Assembly (NCBI GenBank): GCA_963692915.1 | Contig: OY843584.1 | Location: 224,001-288,000, forward strand | Source: Cenarchaeum sp. | GTDB taxonomy: Archaea; Thermoproteota; Nitrososphaeria; Nitrososphaerales; Nitrosopumilaceae | Direction of reading: 5' to 3' | Length of the DNA stretch: 64,000 nt | Shown: piece by piece, positions 1 through 8,343 of the stretch | How positions within the stretch are numbered: position 1 is the first letter of the stretch | How the letters are laid out: the number at the start of each line of letters is the position of its first letter | The notes under the pieces: model-generated | Told to the model about the DNA's origin: nothing | Databases searched by the model: none | Seen by the model: only the letters and a program-made list of their open reading frames with translations | Program-made: the position numbers and the translations under genes

Positions 1-25
1 CTCGCAGCTAAAGCAGATACTAGTC

Positions 26-838
26 TCAATCCAGCAGCCGCGCCGCGACTTTAAGTTCAGCCGCGTCTGATCCGCCCGCGCGCAGCCCGCGCGCATAGAC
101 GCACTCGGCAGCATTCACTGCGGCCTCGCCGGCCTCGCCGCGCGAGGACGTGAGGCGCACGCCCGAGCCGCGCACTATTGCAATGGGGGTCGACTCGGAG
201 CCCTCGCCCATCTCGTGGTTTGCCATAGTCGCAATGCTGTCTGCCACGGCGCTCTTTGTGACGGCAAGCGGCCTGCCACGCAGGTCGAGCCTCCCCCTGC
301 CGTCGCGGACCGCCTCGATTCCGGCAAACGCGACGGCGACGCCGCACGTGCCGGCCCTCATTGGCATGAGCCGGCTGTCCGAAAGGATGACGCCGACGCG
401 CACGCCGAGGCCGAGGAACGCCTTTCGGCGAACGTGCTCGGCGAGCTCGTGCGCGGCATCGGGATACAGTATGATCCTCCCCGCACCGGCATTCGAGCTG
501 TCGATTCCGGCGTTGGGAGCCAGGATTCCGCCGGTGACTGCCATGGCAAATCCGGCAACTCCGCCCATGACGTCCTCGGACTCGCGGATGACGGCCTCGG
601 CGAGGCCTGTCCTCATGCCGAGGCGCCGTGCCAGCGCGCGCGCGGGCTCGGATGCGGCCACAGAGGCCTCGAGGATCATGCGGCCCTGCGAGACGGCGGC
701 GTACTTTGAGGAGACGACGAGGACATCGCCGTCGATGAGCGTCGTGCCCGAGGAGCCTAGCGCACCGGCTATCTCGGCATAGAGGTCAAAGGGTCCGGTC
801 TGAACGGGCGCGCGCAGCGCCATCGCCGTGGTGGCCAT
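26..838 (-). CDS. cofE: Coenzyme F420-0:L-glutamate ligase
   Basis: Motifs DGDVLVVSSK, NAGIDSSN, VILSDS, GEGSESTPIAIVRG typical of CofE. Confidence 0.9.
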   Translation of the reverse strand: MATTAMALRAPVQTGPFDLYAEIAGALGSSGTTLIDGDVLVVSSKYAAVSQGRMILEASVAASEPARALARRLGMRTGLAEAVIRESEDVMGGVAGFAMAVTGGILAPNAGIDSSNAGAGRIILYPDAAHELAEHVRRKAFLGLGVRVGVILSDSRLMPMRAGTCGVAVAFAGIEAVRDGRGRLDLRGRPLAVTKSAVADSIATMANHEMGEGSESTPIAIVRGSGVRLTSSRGEAGEAAVNAAECVYARGLRAGGSDAAELKVAARLLD

Positions 839-928
839 GTGGGCGCATCGCGCACGCGGCCGGATTTTACCCTTTTGGGCACTCCCACCACAGGAGGGCC
901 ATTCGGCGACGGGCGGGGCAGGTCATGA

Positions 929-1007
929 TGGTGCTCCCGCCGGGATTTGAACCCGGGATCACTGCCTTGAGAGGGCAGTATGCTTGACCGGACTACACCA
1001 CAGGAGC
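929..1007 (-). tRNA. tRNA-Glu(CTC), CCA encoded
   Basis: Reverse complement GCTCCTG...CTGCC-CT-CTC-AA-GGCAG...GGTTCAAATCC...CGGGAGC-ACCA forms a cloverleaf. Confidence 0.95.
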
Positions 1008-1058
1008 GTAAGCGTCGGCGCGCTGCGGTCTTAATTTAAATGCCGCGCCGCCTGCGCC

Positions 1059-1976
1059 ATGGCCGCATTGGGGAGCGCACCGGCCGCATGGCTGGCTGAC
1101 TGCATCGACTCTGGCGCACCGGCCGCGCTTGGGGGGTGCCGGTGCGGCAAGGAGAGCTTTGGGTGCTGCGAGTACAACGTGACTGTCTTTGACGGGGGTC
1201 ATGCGGTCGAGGAGGCAAGCCATGACGGCCAAACGGTGATCATTCGGCACGACTCGGTGACTGACCCGTCATCGGGGACGTTTGCGCACCTGGCCGGAAT
1301 GCGCGTCATCACCGATCCCGAGTGGGAGATAGGACCACGCCTCTCGGCAATGGCGGCCAGGCGCGAGTGGGCGTTTCGCCACGCGATGAAGTCGGCCCTA
1401 GTCGATGCGGGAATGATGGCCACCAGGGCACGCGCGTCACTGGGGCGCCATCCCGCAACTGCGCCGTTCTGGCTAAAGTGCGCCGCGTACAGTCTTGCCG
1501 ACTCGATATCATACGGCAACATGGTCGAGCCGAGCCCCGCGCACATGATGGCGCGATTTCGCGCAATGCCAAAGTCTACGACCAACGAGGGCCTCTCAAC
1601 GGTCGGCGAGTGCCTCGGCCTCGAGCGTGCGACGCCGTCACTTCTTGACAGGATGGCAAAGTCGGCAGCCGGCTTTGCCGGCATGGCAGGCCTCGGCGAG
1701 CTTGCAGTGGCCGCGATGCTCGCAAAGGCGCGCCACCTCGAGTCCGAATCGCTCCTTGCGGACTGTCACTATTACATCGGATATGCGACGTGCTCGGCAC
1801 TGCGCTCACGCCGCGAGTATGCGCGCGCGCTGCCTGATGCCGAGCTCTACGCGCTAAAGGTCGCCCTGGATCCCGAGGGCAACGCGCAGCGCGTGGAGAG
1901 GCAGATCGGCATGGTCGAGTCGGCCGCCGCAGCACTCATGGCGCACGCCCGCGGCGATGCGGCCGAGAACGCGTGA
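1059..1976 (+). CDS. Conserved hypothetical protein (degenerate nucleotidyltransferase-like N-terminus)
   Basis: 305-aa ORF with TTAATTTAAA box about 25 nt upstream of ATG; ALGGC...CCEYNVTVFD resembles an NTase-like motif. Confidence 0.65.
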   Translation: MAALGSAPAAWLADCIDSGAPAALGGCRCGKESFGCCEYNVTVFDGGHAVEEASHDGQTVIIRHDSVTDPSSGTFAHLAGMRVITDPEWEIGPRLSAMAARREWAFRHAMKSALVDAGMMATRARASLGRHPATAPFWLKCAAYSLADSISYGNMVEPSPAHMMARFRAMPKSTTNEGLSTVGECLGLERATPSLLDRMAKSAAGFAGMAGLGELAVAAMLAKARHLESESLLADCHYYIGYATCSALRSRREYARALPDAELYALKVALDPEGNAQRVERQIGMVESAAAALMAHARGDAAENA

Positions 1977-2052
1977 GCTTGCGCACGCTTAACAATGTTT
2001 GAGATTTTCTTAATAATTATGGCCATGTTCTAAACCTTTAAAATCCGGCCCA

Positions 2053-2250
2053 CTAGGCGTGGCGTGCATGACGGATCAAGCCTGCGGCTGTGAGGCCGAT
2101 AGCGGCGACCCAGCCTATGCGTGCGACTGCGAGATGCAGGGGCACTGCATCTGCAGCGCGGACTGCCGCTGCAACACAAAGACCTGCAAGGAAGCAGTGT
2201 CCTCTCTCTAGGGGACACGCTTCCACTTTTTGCCTACTCGTCGGCCGCAT
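2053..2250 (-). CDS. Possible small membrane protein
   Basis: Two hydrophobic stretches; overlaps the end of the upstream small gene; start uncertain. Confidence 0.3.
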   Translation of the reverse strand: MRPTSRQKVEACPLERGHCFLAGLCVAAAVRAADAVPLHLAVARIGWVAAIGLTAAGLIRHARHA

Positions 2251-2398
2251 AGCCCCACGACTTTACGAGCTCCTTTTGGAACTGGTCTGCCTGCTTGGCG
2301 CCAAGCGCGCTTCCGCAGTTCTTGTGCGTGGGGACTACCACCATTCCGGCGAGCTTGAACTCGACTTCGTACATGTGAACCTTGGGGCACTCGCACAC
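2234..2398 (-). CDS. Small metal-binding protein (CECP...HKNC), GTG start
   Basis: (M)CECPKVHMYEVEFKL...PTHKNCG; AT-rich TATA element at 2423-2435 about 25 nt upstream. Confidence 0.75.
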   Translation of the reverse strand: MCECPKVHMYEVEFKLAGMVVVPTHKNCGSALGAKQADQFQKELVKSWGYAADE

Positions 2399-2422
2399 GA
2401 TGCGCGCGCGCAGGGCAGCTCC

Positions 2423-2435
2423 ATTAATATTTAAT
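2423..2435. promoter_or_regulatory. Bidirectional TATA element
   Basis: ATTAATATTTAAT lies roughly 20-30 nt from divergent starts at 2398 (-) and 2454/2463 (+). Confidence 0.55.
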
Positions 2436-2453
2436 CGCCCCCACGCCTGCCTC

Positions 2454-3935
2454 ATGGTGGTCATGAACGCAGCCCTCCTCGCCTCACTGGCGGCGATCGC
2501 CTCACTGGCCGCAGCCGCCTCAATCCCAGATGTGGCCGCACAGGCCCAGATCGGCGGCGTGAACGTTGAGGGCGAGTGGTACGTCGGCGAGGGCCTCGGC
2601 GTTGGGGACTATTTCTCGTATAGCATGTGCCACACGGGATACAAGGAGTGCAAGGAGTTTCAAATTGACTTTTGGATAGAGGCCGACAGGCGCGTGAATA
2701 ACGAGAGCAAGTGGATAGCGCAGACTGTCGTGTATGACGGGACCAGGGTGTCAAAGGGCACGATGGAGCTCGGCAAGGTGGCACCCGAGCCGACGGGCGG
2801 CTCGATCGACCTAGAGTACCGCAGCGCGTTCAAGTCATCAATCGTGTGGCTCTCGGCGTTTGCGACATCATATGGCGGCAGCGGCGGCGATGGCCCAAAG
2901 AGGTTCGACGCGCCGGCGTGGGGCAAGATTGCCAACATTGGCGGCGAGCAGATACTCCCAAAGTCAGTGGAGCGAGTCAAGGTCAAGGGCGGCACGTTTG
3001 AAGAGTCAGTCATTGTGTCGTGGCGGACCGGCGGCGCCGAGAGCAGGGTCTGGCTAGTCGACGAGTTTCCGTTCCCTGTAAAGGCGCACACGTGGGTTCA
3101 CGTGTCCGAGGGAATACCGCCACAAGAGTATGCCTTTGAGCTCCTTGCCTATGGCACAAGCGAGTCCAATCCATATGCTGATGTTATTGCAGTCGACGAT
3201 GCGGCAGCAGCCGAGTGGTGCCCCGAGACGCGTGAGCTTGTGTCGACAAAGCGCGCAACTGCAGAGGGCAAGTATCTCATAAACGTGCGCCACGGGCCGG
3301 AGATGCCGGTGGCCGGATGCGACATGACGCTACTTGTCAGCTTTCACAGCAAGTATGACGAGACCGAGTTCCTAAACCAGGTCCAGTATGACATACTCGT
3401 TACTGACTCGTCTGATGGCGTCATTCACACGGTGTCTGAGGCCGAGGGCTCGAGGGTTCTGTACTCGGGCTCGGGTCAGACGCGCAACGACGAGACGTGG
3501 GTTCCTGACACGGCCGGTGACTATACGTACGCCATAGTCATCCATGGCCTCGCCCCGCTCAACACGGTCACGCGCGCCGACGAGCTTGACGTGCTTCGCG
3601 TGCCGGTGACCGTGGTGGCCGCCGATCGCGGGCAGGTGCTGCCAGTCACGCCGCCGGCCGCCACGGCGACGGTTCCGTCGTGGATAAAGCAGACGGCCGG
3701 ATTCTGGGTTGACGGGCACACCGGCGATGCCGAGTTCGTCGCGGCGATCGAGTTCCTCATCTCCCGCGGCGTCATTGACGTCGGCCCACAGGTCACGCCG
3801 GCGGGCAGCGGCGGGTCTGTCCCGTCGTGGATAAAGCAGACGGCCGGATTCTGGGTTGGCGGGCACACCGGCGATGCCGAGTTCGTCGCGGCGATCGAGT
3901 TCCTCGTGGGCCGTGGAGTCATCTCGGTCAGCTAG
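2454..3935 (+). CDS. Secreted surface protein with two C-terminal PxWIKxxAxxW modules
   Basis: Signal peptide (AALLASLAAIASLAAAA...AAQA); duplicated VPSWIKQTAGFWVxGHTGDAEFVAAIEFLxxRGVI, a module typical of thaumarchaeal exported proteins. Confidence 0.85.
   Translation: MVVMNAALLASLAAIASLAAAASIPDVAAQAQIGGVNVEGEWYVGEGLGVGDYFSYSMCHTGYKECKEFQIDFWIEADRRVNNESKWIAQTVVYDGTRVSKGTMELGKVAPEPTGGSIDLEYRSAFKSSIVWLSAFATSYGGSGGDGPKRFDAPAWGKIANIGGEQILPKSVERVKVKGGTFEESVIVSWRTGGAESRVWLVDEFPFPVKAHTWVHVSEGIPPQEYAFELLAYGTSESNPYADVIAVDDAAAAEWCPETRELVSTKRATAEGKYLINVRHGPEMPVAGCDMTLLVSFHSKYDETEFLNQVQYDILVTDSSDGVIHTVSEAEGSRVLYSGSGQTRNDETWVPDTAGDYTYAIVIHGLAPLNTVTRADELDVLRVPVTVVAADRGQVLPVTPPAATATVPSWIKQTAGFWVDGHTGDAEFVAAIEFLISRGVIDVGPQVTPAGSGGSVPSWIKQTAGFWVGGHTGDAEFVAAIEFLVGRGVISVS
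3675..3905. repeat. Intragenic direct repeat, 84 bp x2 (3675-3758, 3822-3905; period 147)
   Basis: Near-identical copies; one GAC/GGC difference seen. Confidence 0.9.
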
Positions 3936-4002
3936 CGCACGCGCCTGCCCCTGCCCCTGCCCGCGCTATCCTTAAAATCGGGAGCCTGCGCGCAACACGC
4001 CG

Positions 4003-4359
4003 ATGGCGAGCCTCTTTAGATACCCAAAGCGCAAGCTGCGCAAGCTGCTCAACGCCGGCGACTATGCCGAGGCACTAGAGTACGGCAGGTCACTGGAGCC
4101 AAAGCACTCTGGCGATCCGGACTTCTTGTTCATCATGGGCAGCGCGCACTATGTGCTCGGCGATGCCAAGGAGTCAACGCGCTACTTTGAGCGGGCCATC
4201 GAGATAAACCCGTACGATGCTGACTCTATGCTGCTCCTTGCGCGACTCTGTGCGCACAGCGGCAATGCCGCCGAGGCCCGTCGGCTATGCAAGCGCGTAT
4301 TGGACGTGGATGACGAGCGCGCCGATGCGCGCGAGCTCCTCGACGGCCTGCCCGAGTAG
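4003..4359 (+). CDS. Tetratricopeptide repeat protein
   Basis: TPR pattern (FIMGSAHYVLGDAKESTRYFERAIEINP). Confidence 0.85.
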   Translation: MASLFRYPKRKLRKLLNAGDYAEALEYGRSLEPKHSGDPDFLFIMGSAHYVLGDAKESTRYFERAIEINPYDADSMLLLARLCAHSGNAAEARRLCKRVLDVDDERADARELLDGLPE

Positions 4360-4362
4360 GCC

Positions 4363-4818
4363 CTACTCGCGCCCATAGACGTGGCGCATGAGCCACTCAC
4401 AGTACGACGTCACAGCCGGCGTGAGCTCGCACCAGACGTGGAGCGAGTGTGGCAGTATGTCGATTCGGCCACCGTCATGGAACACCTTGACGCCCTCCTT
4501 TCCCTCGTACATGTACGCGTCCTCGGTCCGCGCCCCGTGTATGTGCCGCACGGCCTCCTCCTTTACCTTTGCGCGCGGTATGGGAAAGCGCGTCCTCTCC
4601 CTGTCCACAATTACGCTCAGGTCGCGCCTTCCGTACATAGAGTACTCGGAAATCTTGTCGCGTCCGGGAAAGTTGACGACTAGCCTCACCCCGTGCCTCT
4701 TGCCCACACCCTCGCCAATCTCGACGATTCGGGCGTATGCCGTGGCCGGATTGCGCAAGAGCAGGAGGCGAACCTGTGCCATGTCCGAGGCGAGCGCGCG
4801 CTGCAGGTCTGTGGCCAT
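4363..4818 (-). CDS. Hypothetical protein
   Basis: Protein-like ORF (DAYMYEGKEG, GRIDILPHSLHVW); start chosen at MATDLQ, MGFAG at 4833 also possible. Confidence 0.75.
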   Translation of the reverse strand: MATDLQRALASDMAQVRLLLLRNPATAYARIVEIGEGVGKRHGVRLVVNFPGRDKISEYSMYGRRDLSVIVDRERTRFPIPRAKVKEEAVRHIHGARTEDAYMYEGKEGVKVFHDGGRIDILPHSLHVWCELTPAVTSYCEWLMRHVYGRE

Positions 4819-4911
4819 GCCGGCAAATCCCATACGCGCACAGGGGCCGCAGCGCCGAGTTATATTCATGGCGTAGTGTTTTTTATGTGCCTCGCGTGAG
4901 CCGCAGCGCAG

Positions 4912-5553
4912 ATGGCGCTTCCTATGGCCGGTCAGGGTGGGTATGGCGACGAGTTCTCCGAGCGCGCAAGCAGCCTAGAGGACTACAAGGTGACGTGCAT
5001 ACGATTCGTGCGCGACATATCTGCTGACTATCTTGCGTGGGTGGACCGCTATGCGCTAGAGTCCGGCGAGGATGCGCTCCGGCGCGAAGGGATAACGTCA
5101 GTTGTGGGCAGGGCCGACGAGTGGATATCGCGCGTTGCCCGCTCGATAAAGGGCGTAGACGTTGTCATGAACGACGCGATCCAAAAGATGGCCGAGGCGA
5201 CTGCGGGCAGGCCGTTCCCGATAGACGTCACAGTCGGAGGATTCTCCGCATACACGCGCGCAAGGCCAGGTTCTGTGGACATACGCCTCAGGGCGAGCGC
5301 GAGGGACGGGCGCACGGCTCTCCTGGGACACCACTCGCGTGATGAGCGGTTTCGGATCGAGTCGACGTTTCCTGCCTCCATTGACGAGGGGGGCATCGAG
5401 GGGACGCCAGATGCGGCAGACCTTGCGCTCCACCTCGACGCGTCATCCTCGGCGCACGATGACGTCGTCTCCTTTACCGTCATTGTGCAGGAGACTGACG
5501 GCAATGTCGAGACTGAGAGGCGCGGCGTGAGCACAATAGTCCATATCAGCTAG
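4912..5553 (+). CDS. Hypothetical protein
   Basis: 213-aa ORF with TTTTTTAT box about 25-30 nt upstream. Confidence 0.7.
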   Translation: MALPMAGQGGYGDEFSERASSLEDYKVTCIRFVRDISADYLAWVDRYALESGEDALRREGITSVVGRADEWISRVARSIKGVDVVMNDAIQKMAEATAGRPFPIDVTVGGFSAYTRARPGSVDIRLRASARDGRTALLGHHSRDERFRIESTFPASIDEGGIEGTPDAADLALHLDASSSAHDDVVSFTVIVQETDGNVETERRGVSTIVHIS

Positions 5554-5641
5554 TGCGGGCACGCGCCGGTCAAGTAATTTTGCGCACAAGGCTGAAAACA
5601 ATAACACTCTTGCTCATAAGCGCACACTCGGATGCGTGCGC

Positions 5642-6094
5642 ATGGCAGCAAGGCTGGCTGGCATGCCCAAGAATGTGACGACCACGCGTGACTTTACCGG
5701 TCGCCGCGTAGTTGACAGGGAGGGCATCGAGTACGGGCGCGTCAGGCGCGTCCACATCGACGAGGACACGCTCGGCGTGGCCGGCATGACGGTCAGATAT
5801 GGAGTTCTCAAAAAATACTATCTCCCGCGCTCTAGCGTGTCGCGGATCACAGACGAGAGTGTCCTTCTCACGACGCCGCCAATCCGCACCGGCGTCAGGG
5901 TCGATGATGTCGACGGCCACAAGATTGGCCGCGTGCGCCGCGTCAACCGCAACACCGAGACTGGTGACGTCGAGTCGATCCTGGTGTCACACGGCATATT
6001 TGGATCAAAGGTAGTCTCACTGGCCTCGATATGGGGCGTCGGCAAGGCCGTCACGCTAAAGATGACGCGCTCCGAGTTCGCCTCGCGCTCCTAG
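5642..6094 (+). CDS. Tandem PRC-barrel domain protein
   Basis: Two repeats G-x-x-V-x-D-x-x-G-x-x-x-G-R-V (GRRVVDREGIEYGRV; GVRVDDVDGHKIGRV). Confidence 0.85.
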   Translation: MAARLAGMPKNVTTTRDFTGRRVVDREGIEYGRVRRVHIDEDTLGVAGMTVRYGVLKKYYLPRSSVSRITDESVLLTTPPIRTGVRVDDVDGHKIGRVRRVNRNTETGDVESILVSHGIFGSKVVSLASIWGVGKAVTLKMTRSEFASRS

Positions 6095-6198
6095 CGCTCT
6101 CTTGCCCTTGCCTCTAGGCACGTGCGGCATATGGTCATCGCGCCATCCACGGTGACCTCGACGTTTGAGGCAAGGCACTTGTCGCACAGGCCCTTCAT
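6091..6198 (-). CDS. 35-aa zinc-finger microprotein
   Basis: MKGLCDKCLASNVEVTVDGAMTICRTCLEARARER (CxxC...CxxC); TTTTATC box about 25 nt upstream on the minus strand. Confidence 0.7.
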   Translation of the reverse strand: MKGLCDKCLASNVEVTVDGAMTICRTCLEARARER

Positions 6199-6260
6199 GG
6201 GGACGCGCGCGACTCCTCTGCGATAAAACGGTTTGTGGGGGCGCCTGCAGCCACGTGTCG

Positions 6261-6409
6261 GCTCGCCGGTCAGTGGGGGCATGCCTTTCAGGGGCACGCA
6301 CACGCGCCGTCAGGTGACTCGAACCACTAGGTTTGCCGAGGCCATCTCGGGGCACGGGGGAGACGTTTTGGAGCCGTCTAGGGCACACGTTCGACTGCCG
6401 GTGAGCACA
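6261..6409. ncRNA. Candidate structured RNA
   Basis: Closing helix GCTCGCCGG-T-CAGT / ACTG-CCGGTGAGC enclosing four hairpins, followed by ACA; lies between divergent promoters. Confidence 0.4.
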
Positions 6410-6444
6410 ATCGGTTTATAATTGCGCAATGCGCGCGCACGCCC

Positions 6445-7440
6445 GTGCTGGCAATCCAGACAGAGTCGCTTGTAAAGACGTACGGCAGCGCCAATGCCGT
6501 CGACAACATCAGCATAGGCGTCGAGGAGGGCGAGATATTTGGCTTTCTGGGCACAAACGGGGCCGGCAAGTCAACCACAATGATGATCCTCACGACGCTC
6601 CTAAAGCCCACATCAGGCCGCGCAAGCGTCGTGGGCCATGACGTTGTGGACAGCCCAAAGGAGGTCCGGCGCAACATCGGCTATGTGCAGCAGGACACGG
6701 CAGTCGACGAGTTCCTCACGGGCCGCGACAACCTTGTCCTGCAGGCCCGCCTCAACCGCCTGCCGGCTGACGTGCGCAACTCGCGCATAGACGAGATACT
6801 AGAGATGATCGAGCTCGGCGAGCGCGCCGATGACGCGACGGTAAAGTATTCTGGCGGCATGAGAAAGCGCCTCGACATAGCCGGCGGCCTGCTCCACATG
6901 CCGCGTGTCCTCTTTCTTGACGAGCCGACCGTGGGCCTTGACATACAGACGCGACGCAAGATATGGGAGTACATCAAGCGCGTCCATGATGAGTATGGCA
7001 TGACGATATTCCTGACGACGCACTATATGGAGGAGGCCGACAGCCTGTGTGACAGGGTCGGCATAATCGACCGCGGGCGCATAAGGACGGTGGACTCGCC
7101 GTCGTCGCTAAAGTCTGCCATGGGCAGCGAGGTCATCACGATGCGCGTCGAGGGCAACACCGAGGCGCTCGTCTCCTCGATACACGCGCTGCCAGGCATA
7201 CGCGAGATGTCGCGCGACGGCGCGGAGATCACCGTCTACACGTATGACGGGACATCGGTAATACCAAAGATATTTCGCGAGTCAGCCGAAGTTGGCGCGA
7301 GGATTGGATCAATATCGCTAAAGCAGCCGACGCTCGATGACGTGTTCATCTCATACACGGGCCACGAGCTGCGCGACGGCGAGGAGGCCGGCTATGACAG
7401 AAAAAAGGCGTACAGAAAGACGCGGGAGCTGCGCACATAA
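6445..7440 (+). CDS. ABC-2 (DrrA-like) exporter ATP-binding protein
   Basis: Walker A GTNGAGKST, signature YSGGM, LFLDEPT; TTTATAA upstream. Confidence 0.95.
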   Translation: MLAIQTESLVKTYGSANAVDNISIGVEEGEIFGFLGTNGAGKSTTMMILTTLLKPTSGRASVVGHDVVDSPKEVRRNIGYVQQDTAVDEFLTGRDNLVLQARLNRLPADVRNSRIDEILEMIELGERADDATVKYSGGMRKRLDIAGGLLHMPRVLFLDEPTVGLDIQTRRKIWEYIKRVHDEYGMTIFLTTHYMEEADSLCDRVGIIDRGRIRTVDSPSSLKSAMGSEVITMRVEGNTEALVSSIHALPGIREMSRDGAEITVYTYDGTSVIPKIFRESAEVGARIGSISLKQPTLDDVFISYTGHELRDGEEAGYDRKKAYRKTRELRT

Positions 7441-8240
7441 TGGGGGACACTAGTGCGCTCATGCCGCATATCGTCCATGACACGTATACGGTGTTCTGGC
7501 GCGAGCTAAAGCGGTACCGCAAGTCGCGCAGCGGCATACTCATCAGGATGATCCAGCCGGCGATATGGATCATCGTTATCGGCAACACGTTTGCCGGCAC
7601 GCAGCCGCTCATCGAGTCAGTCGGGTTTGACGGCAAGTACATCGACTTTATGGCACCGGGCGTCATAATCCTCACTGCCATATTTACGAGCATCTTTGGC
7701 GGCGTCAACACGCTCTGGGATCGCCGCTATGGGTTTATGGCCAAGACGATAACGTCACCGATCTCGCGCTCGGCCATAGCGCTCGGCAAGATGGGCGCCA
7801 TATCGCTCGTGGCTGCAATGCAGGCCGGCATCATACTTGCGATCGCCCTGCTCATCGGCGTTGACATGGACCTCTTTGCGGTAATGCCAATCATGGCCAT
7901 AGTCATCCTCTTTTCACTGGGCTTTTCGGGCATATCGGTGAGCGTCGCGGCCCTGGCAAAGTCGCAAGAGACGTTCTGGGGACTCATCAACTTTTTGGGA
8001 ATGCCGCTCTTTATGCTCAGCCCCGCGCTCTTTCCGCTCGAGCTCCTCCCCGACTGGCTCGCTGCGGCAGCCAGCGTGAATCCCGTGACGTATGCGATAC
8101 TCATCGTGCGCGGCCTCATGTCCGGCACGCTCGATGCGGCCACGGCGATCCTTGCCATGGGCGTCATCTCGGCCTTTGTCGCCGTCATGGTCGGCGTGAC
8201 GACGTACGTCTTTATGCGCGAGGTCAGCAGGCCGTTCTAG
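7440..8240 (+). CDS. ABC-2 exporter permease
   Basis: Six hydrophobic segments, ALFPLELLPDWL..NPVTY motif; overlaps the ATPase stop. Confidence 0.93.
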   Translation: MGDTSALMPHIVHDTYTVFWRELKRYRKSRSGILIRMIQPAIWIIVIGNTFAGTQPLIESVGFDGKYIDFMAPGVIILTAIFTSIFGGVNTLWDRRYGFMAKTITSPISRSAIALGKMGAISLVAAMQAGIILAIALLIGVDMDLFAVMPIMAIVILFSLGFSGISVSVAALAKSQETFWGLINFLGMPLFMLSPALFPLELLPDWLAAAASVNPVTYAILIVRGLMSGTLDAATAILAMGVISAFVAVMVGVTTYVFMREVSRPF

Positions 8241-8343
8241 CGTCTGGCGCGTGCCGGCACAGCCCCCCGAGTTGGTCAATTTGACCCAATCGGCAACAAA
8301 TAATGACGCACGTGCCCATTTTTGGCCTCCGAGACCCACGCCT

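Noticed and set aside
6261-6409. tRNA, tmRNA, SRP or RNase P RNA, or hammerhead ribozyme
   Set aside because: GTTCGA is present but without a paired T-stem; no SRP helix-8, RNase P GAGGAAAGUCC or CUGANGA core found.
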